A stretch of 64,000 nt of DNA, from NCBI GenBank assembly GCA_028534125.1, contig CM052817.1, forward strand, positions 86,740,001 through 86,804,000. Direction: 5' to 3'. Position 1 is the stretch's first letter, and every line of letters begins with the position of its first letter. This DNA comes from Lama glama (Eukaryota). Positions 52,601-64,000 of this stretch are shown here, in pieces. The translations under genes were made by a program, and so were the position numbers. The notes under the pieces were generated by a model that saw nothing but the letters and a program-made list of their open reading frames with translations, was not told the origin of the DNA and ran no database searches.

Positions 52601-52782
52601 AGTTAGCATATGGGCTTATATAGTTAAAACCTATAGGTTTAGGCTGGTTTTAGATATAGTAGGGTCCAACTTAGTTGATGTCACTCATTAACCATCTACT
52701 GCTCTCATGCTTTGCCATCTTTTAGCTCTGATTTGTAATATGTAGGCTTGGTTCTCTACATAGATCCCTCCAATCTTCTAAC

Positions 52783-52817
52783 CACACACACATACACACA
52801 AACACACACACACACAC
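52783..52817. repeat. Imperfect (CA)n
   Basis: Direct reading. Confidence 0.85.
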
Positions 52818-54720
52818 CCCCTGCCCAGAGTTGCATAGCTCTTACATCTTCTCATTAAAGAAAAGTAGAGGCCCTCTTGCCATCCATTGTGATTCAAAAT
52901 TCTGAATCTGTTAGGGGGATCTGAACAGATATCTGACCCTGCCTGAGAATGTGCCCAACAAACCAATCACTGACGTGGATCAAGTAACTGCGAAAAGAGT
53001 TGCAATCATTTAACTACCATTCCCACTAGAGTTGTAGGAGGGAAAAATGCTAAAAGATAATGTGAGGCAGAAAAACCACCTCTGAGGAACTTAGACTTTA
53101 AGTTATCCTTGATGGTCAAAACTCCAAAAGGTCAAAACATACACACCATGTCATTTTCAGGGCTGCCTTTGTCAAGAAACTTACACACTGTCTTTCTCAG
53201 ACTACAGAGACAATTAGACACTTTTTGTACTCGGTGCACCTATAGGTCTTGCTTAAGTCATTGTTTCATGATTATCCTAAATATTCTGAACATTCTCTAC
53301 CTCCTTAAAACATGTACTCCCTAGTCTAAGGATATAAGTTACTAAAGACAGGGACAAATCATCTCTTCATTAATATATTTTAGTTAAGTGAAATCATATT
53401 GGTAAATTATGAGTGACTTGTCACTGGTAGACCTTGTCTGTTGTCTATTACAAAGCATAAAGTTCCCAGACGATCAGCGGGTGACTCCCACCTGTGCAGT
53501 TCTGTGCGTAACCACCAGGAGGCACAGAGTTATAACTAGGCTAGTACATTTTGCTCAGTGTATTTCACTTAGTAAATTACAATCTTTGTTGCAGACATTT
53601 CTACTACTTCTAATGGAGAATGGAAACGTAAGTTCTTACTAGTTGAGTGATTTCTTCTGCTTAGTGTCTAAAAATCCCAAGAGATCATTACTGTAAATAC
53701 ACATGGCGATGCTTCTTGGTAGTAGTTTACCTTCTAATCATTTTGTTTATTACTTTCTTAGAGTCTGAGACAGGAAAAAAAAGTAACATAACTCTTTATT
53801 TTTTACACATATACAGAAAATAATGGTATATAGCGATCTTATCAGTGGCAGATTCACTGATATCCTCTCTTTCTCTTATAGATAGCACCTCTCCAAGGGA
53901 CCAACTTTTATCATTTACTGTCCATCTAGAAGCCCTAGAAATATATCTATTGGAATAAAAATTTCCCTTCATAATTCCTTCAGAACTAGGGAACTTATGT
54001 TATTAGGATTTAGGAGTTAGGGGATTTAAGAAAAATAGAATCTCTGGTGATCTTATATGTCTCCTAGAGCTTTTATTTCCACTGTTTAACAAGTCAAATA
54101 GGTCACTGAATGAATATAATTTGATACAGCTCATGAAAAAGTTATGCAAGAAAATATACACATTAAGTTTTCCAAGCCTGAAAGAAAGAAGCGTAAGCAA
54201 TAAAACTGGAGCAAGCCAATCTTCTAATGTAATCCTAAACACATTTTCCCTTCTTACTTGGACAGTCAGTATATTAAAATATATGCTAAAGTCTTTCTAA
54301 TTATATCACAGGAAGACAAAAACTATTTTCTGATGCAGGTCATTAGATGAAGCATATTTTCCCAAGGTGGAGCTCTACAATATTCTAGCTCATATCAGCA
54401 CAGTTGCTTTACATACCACTAATTGTTTCTGTTAAGCTAGTGGCATTTTAGACTCATTGATTAAACACCCATGGTGCATTAAACCATTATGAGATACACA
54501 ACTCTGATCTGGGTATATTTAATTGCCTTTGGCAAGCCTTAGCTAAAAATAAATACACATTTAAAAATATAACACCAATAAAACTAATGAACATAGTCTC
54601 TAGGTCCAAAATTAAACAGAAAACAACTGATACTGAAAATTCAACAGAAACAAGAAAAGTAAAAGTCCCTCATCTTGCTGGAATCTTTGTCACTGTCTGT
54701 CAAAAACAAGAGTGTGAAAG

Positions 54721-54930
54721 CTTTGATGAGTCCAGTTAGTGCAGTGCATGGATCAAAGGGTCAGGCTGATAGGATCAAAGGGAACAAAATGAAGTCGTAA
54801 TGTTGTGCACCAGATTTGAAACCTCGGCAATGATGAGAGGTTCTCACAAGATGGAACAGGGAAGCTTTGATTAGTGCACCTTGTTTGTACTGTGAAGGCA
54901 TCAAAGTGGCAAATGTGCCTGGATCAAATG
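54721..54930. promoter_or_regulatory. TCF/LEF motif cluster, candidate Wnt/beta-catenin-responsive enhancer
   Basis: CTTTGAT/ATCAAAG at 54721-27, 54752-58, 54774-80, 54865-71 and 54900-06, plus near-match ATCAAAT at 54923-29, in apparently unique DNA. Confidence 0.6.
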
Positions 54931-55310
54931 GGGCAGAATGCAATGGGTAATGGAGCACTCACAGCTCACTAGAATTTAAGCAGAGATGCTGATGATGCGG
55001 TGGAGGCCAATGCACACATCCATCTGGCAGCTGGGAAGAAGAGCAAAGCAAAAGGGGAAAAATGGACATAATTTTCATCACTTGAAAGCTAGATGGTTGT
55101 GGCACAACCAAAAGACCAAACGGCATTTTCAATTACTGCATAGGATGTGAAAATGAAATCATTTAAACTTGGCAATATTACCAATTGTTAGCTGTAAACT
55201 GTGCTTCATGTATTGCTTATTCATTCAGAATAATTCTCGCATGCTTGTTAATTCATAAAGTAGATTAACTTTGAACTTACATATGTGTAAATCTATATTT
55301 GCTAGGGAAA

Positions 55311-55312
<2 letters not shown>

Positions 55313-55351
<39 letters not shown>
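55313..55351. repeat. (TG)n microsatellite
   Basis: Direct reading. Confidence 0.95.
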
Positions 55352-55352
<1 letters not shown>

Positions 55353-55899
55353 GTCTCTTTGGAGCAGATTGCATGGGTAAGATTCATTGTCATGGTAAAA
55401 TTTCACTTACTGTGCTTCCAGGGATTTTGCATTCCCTGGGAATCAATTCCATTTGCAAGTTAAGTCTAAAGACATCTGTCTAACTCATTTGATTCAATTT
55501 TCTTTTTTCCCCTCAGTCAGGAGTTAATGCGCTTGTAGTGAACAAATAAGCATATTATCGAAATACTGAAAGATTTAAATAAAATATTGTCTAATATAGT
55601 ATGGTGATTATGTTTCAGATAAAAATATAGAAAGGTGTTTAATTGTATTAACATTAAAATAAAATTAAATATTATATTTATCATTATTATGACTGGTGTT
55701 AATAGCCACAGAACGTAACTGCTATGTTTGAGGACGTGTGCTGGTTGCTCTCTGTTTATTCTTACTTATGCTTACAACAGCTCCATAAGTGAATATTGCC
55801 ACAATGGGATCAGATTTTCTGATGATTTGGAGAAGTAAATGTGTTTTTAAATAGAAAGGAAACGAATCATCATAATCAACAGGGCAGAGTTGTACTGCT

Positions 55900-56260
55900 A
55901 GCTTACAATCGTCTTTTGTCCTCACCTTTGCTATGGCTGCCTCTCTGCAGGAGGAGTGAACCCAGCTGCCCCACTGGGTTTGGATGTGGCCCCGTGACTC
56001 ACTTTAGCCAGTGGAATATTAGCAGACAGAGGTGACCACCAGAGAGATGTGAAGTGTGCTCATAGTGCTTGGCTTTTCACTCTTGCCTTTTTGACCTTCA
56101 TTTTGAGAGTATGCTCCAGACAGCCACTGCTCCAAGATGAGCAGACAGAGCATAAACAAGAACCAAATGTGAAGCCTTCAGTCAAGCCCAGCTAATCTTT
56201 AAACTAAGTCCAGCAGAGCCACGACCTACACACTAAATAATGAGCAACACAAATTGTCTA
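55900..56260 (+). mobile_element. Old MaLR LTR (MLT1I/J-like)
   Basis: ggatgtggccccgtgactcactttagccagtggaatattagcaga...atgctccagacagccactgct. Confidence 0.65.
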
Positions 56261-57667
56261 TTAAATATCACACGTTAACTTGGCAACCACTCTCCAAAAC
56301 AGCATTATGCCCATCCCTATGTACACATAAAGAGGTCATTGATCAAGTATACACTATTCTTTAGTTGAATGGATTTATCCTTTTAAATAGCGATTGTAGT
56401 TGTTTTCCAGGTACTATTACTTCCTCCATTATTGCTCTGCTGTCCTATTTTCCCCAGAAGGGCTTTGCATGGGTTACTAACTTGACAAACCTCTGTGTTT
56501 AGATATTTGTTCTCACAAGAGCAACAGGGGGTGGAGAAACCTACTGCCTGTCCCTCTTGAGTATTTATACTAACAGAGTGATGCTGTTTGTACATCTGTT
56601 TTCTCAGGACTTCAGGAAATGTGTTCTCTTTTTTTTAATCCAGTATTGTTTTATCCACTATTACTTCATATGACTTTTAAAGTCAAACATAAGAAAATCA
56701 CCAATTGTCTCAAAATTTACTTATTTTAATTATATTTTTGTTATTGACAGTGTAGATTTCAAATATGGGCAGATGAATAAAAAGGCAGATTTATGTTTTA
56801 AGTATGCTATTGATGTGCTTCAGGAAGTGAGGAATATCTCTGTTTGAGATGGCGTTGTAAGGTTATAAAACCTGACCCAAAGAATGGTTGATCTCATTGC
56901 AACAAATCTCTTTCTTCAGCAATTAAAAGTAGTAATTTGGAAATACTAAGAAAATTGGAAAAAATAAAAAAGGTTTTCCTCAACAATGAACTGATTAGGA
57001 GATTTAATAAAAGTTAGAAATCTTAGGTCTATAAACACTGTAGCATAAAACTGATAGTGATAAATACTGAAGTGAGGAAAGAACAAATTCTTTTTATTCT
57101 TTTGGATATTGTTTTAACCCTAAGACCATAAATTACAAGGTAACTAAATCAATTTTTTAAATTATTAAATTCAAATTCTGCTGTTAATATTTGAAATGTA
57201 TTATAATTTGTTCATTAATAACAATGATAAAATGTCCTTTAACAAAAAGTGACAATATTAGCATAAATAATACTTTAATTGATGAATTCATTAGTAGAAA
57301 TTATTAACCTCCACCAAATATGTTTACTGATATCCTGACTCATGCACATAATTATACCAGGAAGTGCTCATAAAACTTAACCACACAATAAAGATCAACA
57401 GTTCCTTAATACTCTTTAAGTAAGGAAATACAGTCCATAATATTAGATTATAACATTTGTTAATTCAGTCACTTAGTTTTGTACTAATTGTCCTGAGAAG
57501 CACTGGGTGTTTTGTTAATAAAAAGATAGTTCATTTTGCATAAATCTAGACATACCATAAGTAAAATTATATTCTCCAAACTCAAATGATTGAAGTAACA
57601 CTTAAGATGATATAATAGGATTAAATCAATTTACAATTCCCATTCCACAAGATCAGTTATGTGTACT

Positions 57668-58167
57668 NNNNNNNNNNNNNNNNNNNNNNNNNNNNNNNNN
57701 NNNNNNNNNNNNNNNNNNNNNNNNNNNNNNNNNNNNNNNNNNNNNNNNNNNNNNNNNNNNNNNNNNNNNNNNNNNNNNNNNNNNNNNNNNNNNNNNNNNN
57801 NNNNNNNNNNNNNNNNNNNNNNNNNNNNNNNNNNNNNNNNNNNNNNNNNNNNNNNNNNNNNNNNNNNNNNNNNNNNNNNNNNNNNNNNNNNNNNNNNNNN
57901 NNNNNNNNNNNNNNNNNNNNNNNNNNNNNNNNNNNNNNNNNNNNNNNNNNNNNNNNNNNNNNNNNNNNNNNNNNNNNNNNNNNNNNNNNNNNNNNNNNNN
58001 NNNNNNNNNNNNNNNNNNNNNNNNNNNNNNNNNNNNNNNNNNNNNNNNNNNNNNNNNNNNNNNNNNNNNNNNNNNNNNNNNNNNNNNNNNNNNNNNNNNN
58101 NNNNNNNNNNNNNNNNNNNNNNNNNNNNNNNNNNNNNNNNNNNNNNNNNNNNNNNNNNNNNNNNNNN
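57668..58167. other. Assembly gap (500 N)
   Basis: N run. Confidence 1.
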
Positions 58168-58877
58168 TTATCATGTTATATCTCTAGTTCTTATTAAATT
58201 TTATTAAATACATTGATTTTAATGTCATTTCAAGAACTAGTGCCTATGATGTGACATTGCTGGGAAGTAGTATCACAGAGTTAACCAAATGCAGTTGTCA
58301 GCTATTGACATTTTGACTGAAAGTAGCCCCTTTTATGATAGTCCTAATAGGACTCCTGAAAAACAAGAGCCTGAGTTCATTTAATTGAGCAATATTCTGT
58401 AGCAAGATGAGACAGGAAAAGATTCCAATACATTCATGGACTTCTGAACATGTTATGGCATAAGATAATTGCATTTCTTGAAGTAGTCACTTCAATTTTA
58501 TCCATTACCTATAAAACCAAAGTCTATTGCTTTCAGCATTTTGTCATATAGTTAACTTGTAGAGCTGACCTGGAAATTTCCAGGAATAAAATAACTATAT
58601 GTATAAAAACTCAGTTTTCCAGGAATTCTTTGAGAACTCGGATTGATATTTTTTTTCTTAGTATATCTCTATTGAATACTAAAAAAAAAAAAAAAGAATA
58701 ACATCACAAGATTCAGGATCGTATTTTCAAAGAAACATACAAAGATTATTTGAGCTAATTAAAAAATAAACAATAATCTTATTATCTTCTCGCCTAAAAC
58801 ATAAAGACCTTTAAAACAAACTTTCTTGGGCCAATATTTCTTTCTTCTGTGTTTTCAAATTAAGTACAGTTAAAGTC

Positions 58878-59500
58878 CATTTATTTATTGAACAAACGTT
58901 TATTGACCAATTAAAAGTGATTTGTGCTGAGGATTCAACAGTGTGCAAACACAGACTCTTCTGTTTTCTGGTAATTACAATTTCCAATGCTACAAACTTG
59001 TATTCAATAAATAATTACTCAAATAATAATATATTCATAAACAGCATTCATAGTAGGCTATAAACTATGGTGAAATAAAAGTATAAAACAGAAGGTATGA
59101 TCTAATAAGCTTACCCTGAGAAATCATTCCTATGCTTAAATATAAAAAAAAAATCTATGTGTTAACTGGGTGACTGGGGTGAGGAACAAAACAAACACAA
59201 GGATAGCACATGCAAAGAATCTGTGTTTGCAGGGCCATTTGGGATGGTATACCATTTACAAAGTTGAGAGCAGTAGGAAATAAAGCTGCAGAAAGAGGCA
59301 GAAGTTAGAACATGCAGTAGTGCATCTACCATGTTGAAGACAGCATATGGTATCCAACAAGAAACAGGAAACTATTGAAAAGTTGTTTTAAAAAAATTTT
59401 TTATTTGTTTTAAATACTGGACATTTGACATGGTAAATCTGAATTTTGAAAACATCATTTTGCCTGCTTTATAGAGAAGTACTGGAAAGGAGATTGGGAG
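58878..59500 (-). mobile_element. L2 3' region
   Basis: catttatttattgaacaaacgtttattgacc...tgtgctgaggattcaacagtg...gcacatgcaaag...aggaaactattgaaa. Confidence 0.65.
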
Positions 59501-60369
59501 ATCCATCATTTCCTAGCTTTCACGGATTTATCTATTTATCATCTATTTATCTACTTATCATTTCTGTTTTCCTAAAACGTTTTCTTTCCTAATGTTCCAG
59601 GAATGGAACGTTAGCGTTGATGTAATATTTATCATTGTATAATCTAGTGATTGTAGACATGGGGAGAGTACATAGGAACCTGCCTATTATCTTACTGCCA
59701 GTATGTAAGGAGAAGACAGACAGATCTGGGGACATTTTCTGGAGTTCAAAGGTGGGTGTTATTGATCCCAAACTGCTAAAGCCTATAGGAAATACACATG
59801 GTTACCAGAAGCCTAAGTGTGCAATTACTTCAGAGTGGAGTATAATGGTCACAGCTATAGTTTTTCCTATCTAACATATTTACCTATAACAATATGGCTT
59901 GTCATGAGAGATGGATTATTGTGTTAAAAAATTACAAGCACTAAACCTTGTTAAATGTTTATCAAAATATATTCATGAAACTGGGCTTGTGTCACTATAT
60001 TGCCTCTCCCTTCCCCCCCAATCCTGGAATTTTCAATCTTTTCAGCCAGACTTTGCCCATTTTACATCCTTCCGGTGATACCAAAAAGATCAAAACTACT
60101 AAGGAGAAGACATAGCACACTGGAAAATTAATTTTATCTTCCTAAATGTCATCAAGACACATAGATACTCCTTCTCTTCCTCTAAAAGATAAAATTTGTC
60201 AATATATTCTATCTGATAACTGAATCAAATGTGCATGCACATATGTTTTTTCTCTAACAATAATTTGTTTTGTTTGAAGGTTAATATTGATTAATGTAAA
60301 AGGAATAGATGCAATTATTACATGTAATTGAAAAATAAGAAGATTGAGGAGAAAAATCTCATAAATCTC

Positions 60370-61580
60370 TTCAGCCTCTTCAATAAATGGTGTTGAGAAA
60401 ATTAAACAGCCAAAGAGTATAACTGGACGACTACCATACAAGACACATAAAAATTAACTCAAAGTGGATTACAGACATGAACATAAGACTTAAAATCATA
60501 AAACTACTAGAAGAAAACACAGGCAGTATGCTTCTGACATAGGTCATGGCAATAATTTTTTGAATCTGACACCAAAAGCCAAGTAACAAAAGCAAAAATA
60601 AACAAGTGGGACTATATCACAATAAAAAAGCTTCTGCATGGCTAAGTAAAGCATCAACAAAATAAAAAGGCAAACTACCAAATGGAAGAAAATAGTTGCA
60701 AATCACATATCTGATCAGGAGCTAATATCCAAAGTATGTAAAGAACTCATATAACGCAATAGCAAAGAAACAATCAGATTGAAAAATGGGCAGAAGATCT
60801 GAATAGACATTTTTTTCATAGAAGACATAACAATGGCCAACAGTTACGTGAAAAAAAAATGCTCTACATCATTAATCATCAGGCAAATGTAAATCAAAAT
60901 CATTAAGAGGTATCACTTCACCTCTGTTAGAAAGGCTATTACCAAAAAGACAAGAAATAACAAGTTTTGGCAAGGATGTGGAGAAAAGGGAACACTCGTG
61001 CATTGCTGGAGGAAATGCAAATTGGTTTAGCCACTATAGAAAATACTATGGAGATGCCTCAAAAAATTAAACTTAGAACTATCATATGACCCACTAATTC
61101 CACTTCTACGTATTTACCCAAAGAAAACAAAACACTAACTTGAAAAGATATATACATTCTCATGTTCCTGACAGCATTATTTACAACAGTCAAGATATGG
61201 AAACAACCAAAGTGTCCATCAGTGGATGAATGGATAAAGAAATTGTGTGAGAGAGAGAGATATATACACACATACCATTATATTATATCTACAAATACAT
61301 GCATAAATATAATGGAATATTAATCAGCCATAAAAAAGAATGCCATTTGTGACAGCATGGATGGAACTTGAGGGCATTACGCAACATGAAATAAGTCAGG
61401 CAGAGAAAGACAAATGTACAATTTCTTTTACATGTGGAATCTAATAATTAATTAATTAAAAAACCAAGCTGATAGATACAGAGAAGAAATGATCTGCGGT
61501 TGCCAGAGGTGAGGGGTGCAAAGTGGGAGAAAAAGGTGAACTGCTTTATTTTTAGTTTAAATTAATTGATTAAAAAATCT
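60370..61580 (+). mobile_element. 5'-truncated L1 (L1MA/artiodactyl-age), ORF2 3' end + 3' UTR
   Basis: cctcttcaataaatggtgttgagaaaa...aaatgggcagaagatctgaatagacattt...gtgtccatcagtggatgaatggataaagaaa...ggttgccagagg. Confidence 0.9.
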
Positions 61581-63199
61581 GGTTATACTAACATTTAAAA
61601 GAACAATCTGAATAATTTTGTTAAAAGATCAGTAAAAAAATTAATATAGAGCAGTTAATGAGGTAGGAAGCAGACCAGGAGTAAGTGTCAAAGAATACAA
61701 AGAAACACATTTTCATAGAAAGAGATTATTTTATATAATTGTATACTAAGCTGTAGAGAGAGAGAGAGGGAGAATGCAATTTTATTTAATGCTTTTATTT
61801 TAAAAAACAGACACTTGATCCAACCACAAGAGTGGGCATTTGGTCCTTCAGATAATTCAAGGACAGAATGAAATCATTTCAACTGCTCTGGGAGGGCAGA
61901 CCATCCATTGTGTTCCAGTAGACAAAAACTTTTTTTTTTCCTGTAGGATAAAGAATCCCTGTGTTGTTAAGGGCTGGTGCTCATTCTTTCATTTAGAACT
62001 CCTATACTGTGGCAGGCTATGTCTTCGATCTGGGGTCTAAAACGAGCTAAAATGGCTAATGTCCCTGTTTTTATGAAATTCAGAGAATACTAATTGCAGA
62101 AATAGGAAGAAAATTGCAACTATGGTAAGATCCACAAAAAGAAGTTACAGCAAAGAAGATGAGAACATTTTCTTTTCTGAGAAAATTAGAGAAAGTATTA
62201 AGAAGAAAACAGATTGAGTTGAGATATGAAAGATGAGAGATCAGATCATTCAAATATGAGTCACAGTACACACAAAAGCCCTTGAGAAGGAGGAAGGATT
62301 ATAACTGCATAAACTAAGACTAGTGTCCCTGGACAGAAATGGTTAAAATGCGTACCAAATGAGTAGACTAAGTAGAGGTTAGGGAGGGAGAAGACATTTC
62401 ATACAAACCCTATGGTACTTTAGTCTTTCTCATCTTTCAGGCTTCAAAGTGTGGATGAAAATAATTAAATGAAAACTCTTGAATGAGGGTCTAGGTAGGG
62501 GATTGCAGAAGAAGGGGTAGGTAAGAAGGGACTTATAACTGAGATACAGTTGCTGGGGCCCATATTTAACAGTTCTTGCCTGCAAAATGCCACAGCCAAT
62601 GGCCTGGAAGAAAGGCTCCTTGGGGACCATCATTTCAAGTGACTGGCCCACAACTCACTCAGAGAACCCAGCACAGCGGCCTTCACGCAACTTATTACAG
62701 CAGTTTCTCCGTGGGATAAAGAAAAACAAACAAAAAAACCCTAACAGTAGTAGCAGTAGTTGTTGTAGTAATAAATAATAATACAAATTTGCCTCAAGAC
62801 CTTGCAACCAAATTTCCATTTAATTTGATATCAGATTAAGCTGGAGACACTTCATGTCCTAGTATTCCACATCACTTAATGACCTTATGAGGAAAATCTT
62901 TCCATCTATATCCAAGTTATTCATACTCCTAAACATAGGGGTAAGGAGAGGCTCTTATATCTGGAATTTGAGGCTAAATTAAAGCACATTAAAAGATCCA
63001 AGTTAGGGACAGTGGGGAGTGACAATCCTGTTAAGATAATATTAACTACTGTTTATGCAGTGTGTATTCTAAGCCACACACTGTGATATACCCTGTAAAT
63101 ATCCTAATTGTATTCTCACAATAGTTTCATTTAAATACCACTACCATATTCAGGATGTTAGGGGCTGCAAATTTGATTAAGAACACTTATCTATGTGGG

Positions 63200-63625
63200 T
63201 TTTCAAAAATCCACATCATCCTTTATACTCATCAACAGTGTTGAGTGATGAAGGGAGGTTGAGCTATATGATGTCTGGAAAGATGTCATGGAATTTGATG
63301 ACCGGATGCCTTGGTAAGGCCAATACTCATGGAGTAGTGGGAGAGGAAGTCGGGTACAGAGGGAGGAAAAGTAAAAGAAAGGTGAGAAAGTAGAAAGTGA
63401 ATGTTTAGTTTATTCATAAGAAAGCTCATAGGAAGGAAAATTATAGGGACTTAGGTGAAGACAAAGATTACTTTATCTTGAAGAAACAGAGTAAGACATT
63501 TTAGGAAGAAGGAAAAGAAATAATGACAAGAAACAAATTGAGGAATTCAGAGATCAAAGATGTAACTAATGTCAGAATGTTTCAGAGGTGACAGGCAGCG
63601 GTGCGACTGAGAATGTGCAGGTGGA
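63200..63625 (-). mobile_element. Degenerate L2
   Basis: Purine-rich segment with gaagatgtcatggaatttg...gagtagtgggag motifs of reversed L2. Confidence 0.45.
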
Positions 63626-64000
63626 GTGCTGTGCCTTAGAAAGGAGAAAGGGTAGCTCTTCCTTTGACGCAGAAGGGAGTACAGTAAGACCATATAAAAA
63701 AGACATACAAACAAATTACTGCAGAAGCTATTATTTTTCTTCAGAACAACAGAAACACTGCATATTCTGGAATCCAAGGCTCTCTATTAATTGGTACTGA
63801 ACTGCCCTTCCTTCTCAACATTTCACAAACCAATCCTTTATACAGGCTAAATTGCTATATTCATTGTCATTGTTATCTGAATACAAGTCCTATTTTCCCA
63901 CTTCAATGTCTCATTTAAGGGATTCTCCTGGCACAGATGTCTCTCCCTGCCCATCCCAGCCACTCTCATCTCTTGCGTCCAGTGCAAATTTGCCTCCTCC

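Noticed and set aside
57653..58207. Long ORFs across the second gap
   Set aside because: Artefacts of the 500-N gap.

Overview
AT-rich, CpG-poor mammalian genomic DNA with two 500-N assembly gaps. It is almost certainly from a camelid, inferred from a tRNA-Ala-derived Vic-1-type SINE and young L1 3' ends. No intact protein-coding gene is evident; the supplied ORFs are chance ORFs, gap artefacts or transposon remnants. Much of the window is interspersed repeats (L1, L2, MIR, MaLR, ERV1 LTRs including a nested pair, MER21, an ERVL pro/pol remnant, MER47/Tigger5, MER3, MER5). Three non-repeat signals stand out. (1) A decayed, intron-containing minus-strand gene of about 18 small exons runs from ~16.9 kb to ~1.4 kb. 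It has canonical splice sites, several in-phase exon chains, nonsense and frameshift lesions, and a possible RRM-like C-terminal segment; I could not identify it. (2) A MYB/CRE motif cluster at ~18.2-18.35 kb sits where its promoter would be. (3) Five perfect TCF/LEF sites cluster at ~54.7-54.9 kb, a candidate Wnt-responsive enhancer. Further orphan minus-strand exon-like segments lie at ~24.3-24.9 kb and ~35.5 kb. Repeat subfamily names are from recalled consensus sequences and need RepeatMasker/Dfam confirmation.
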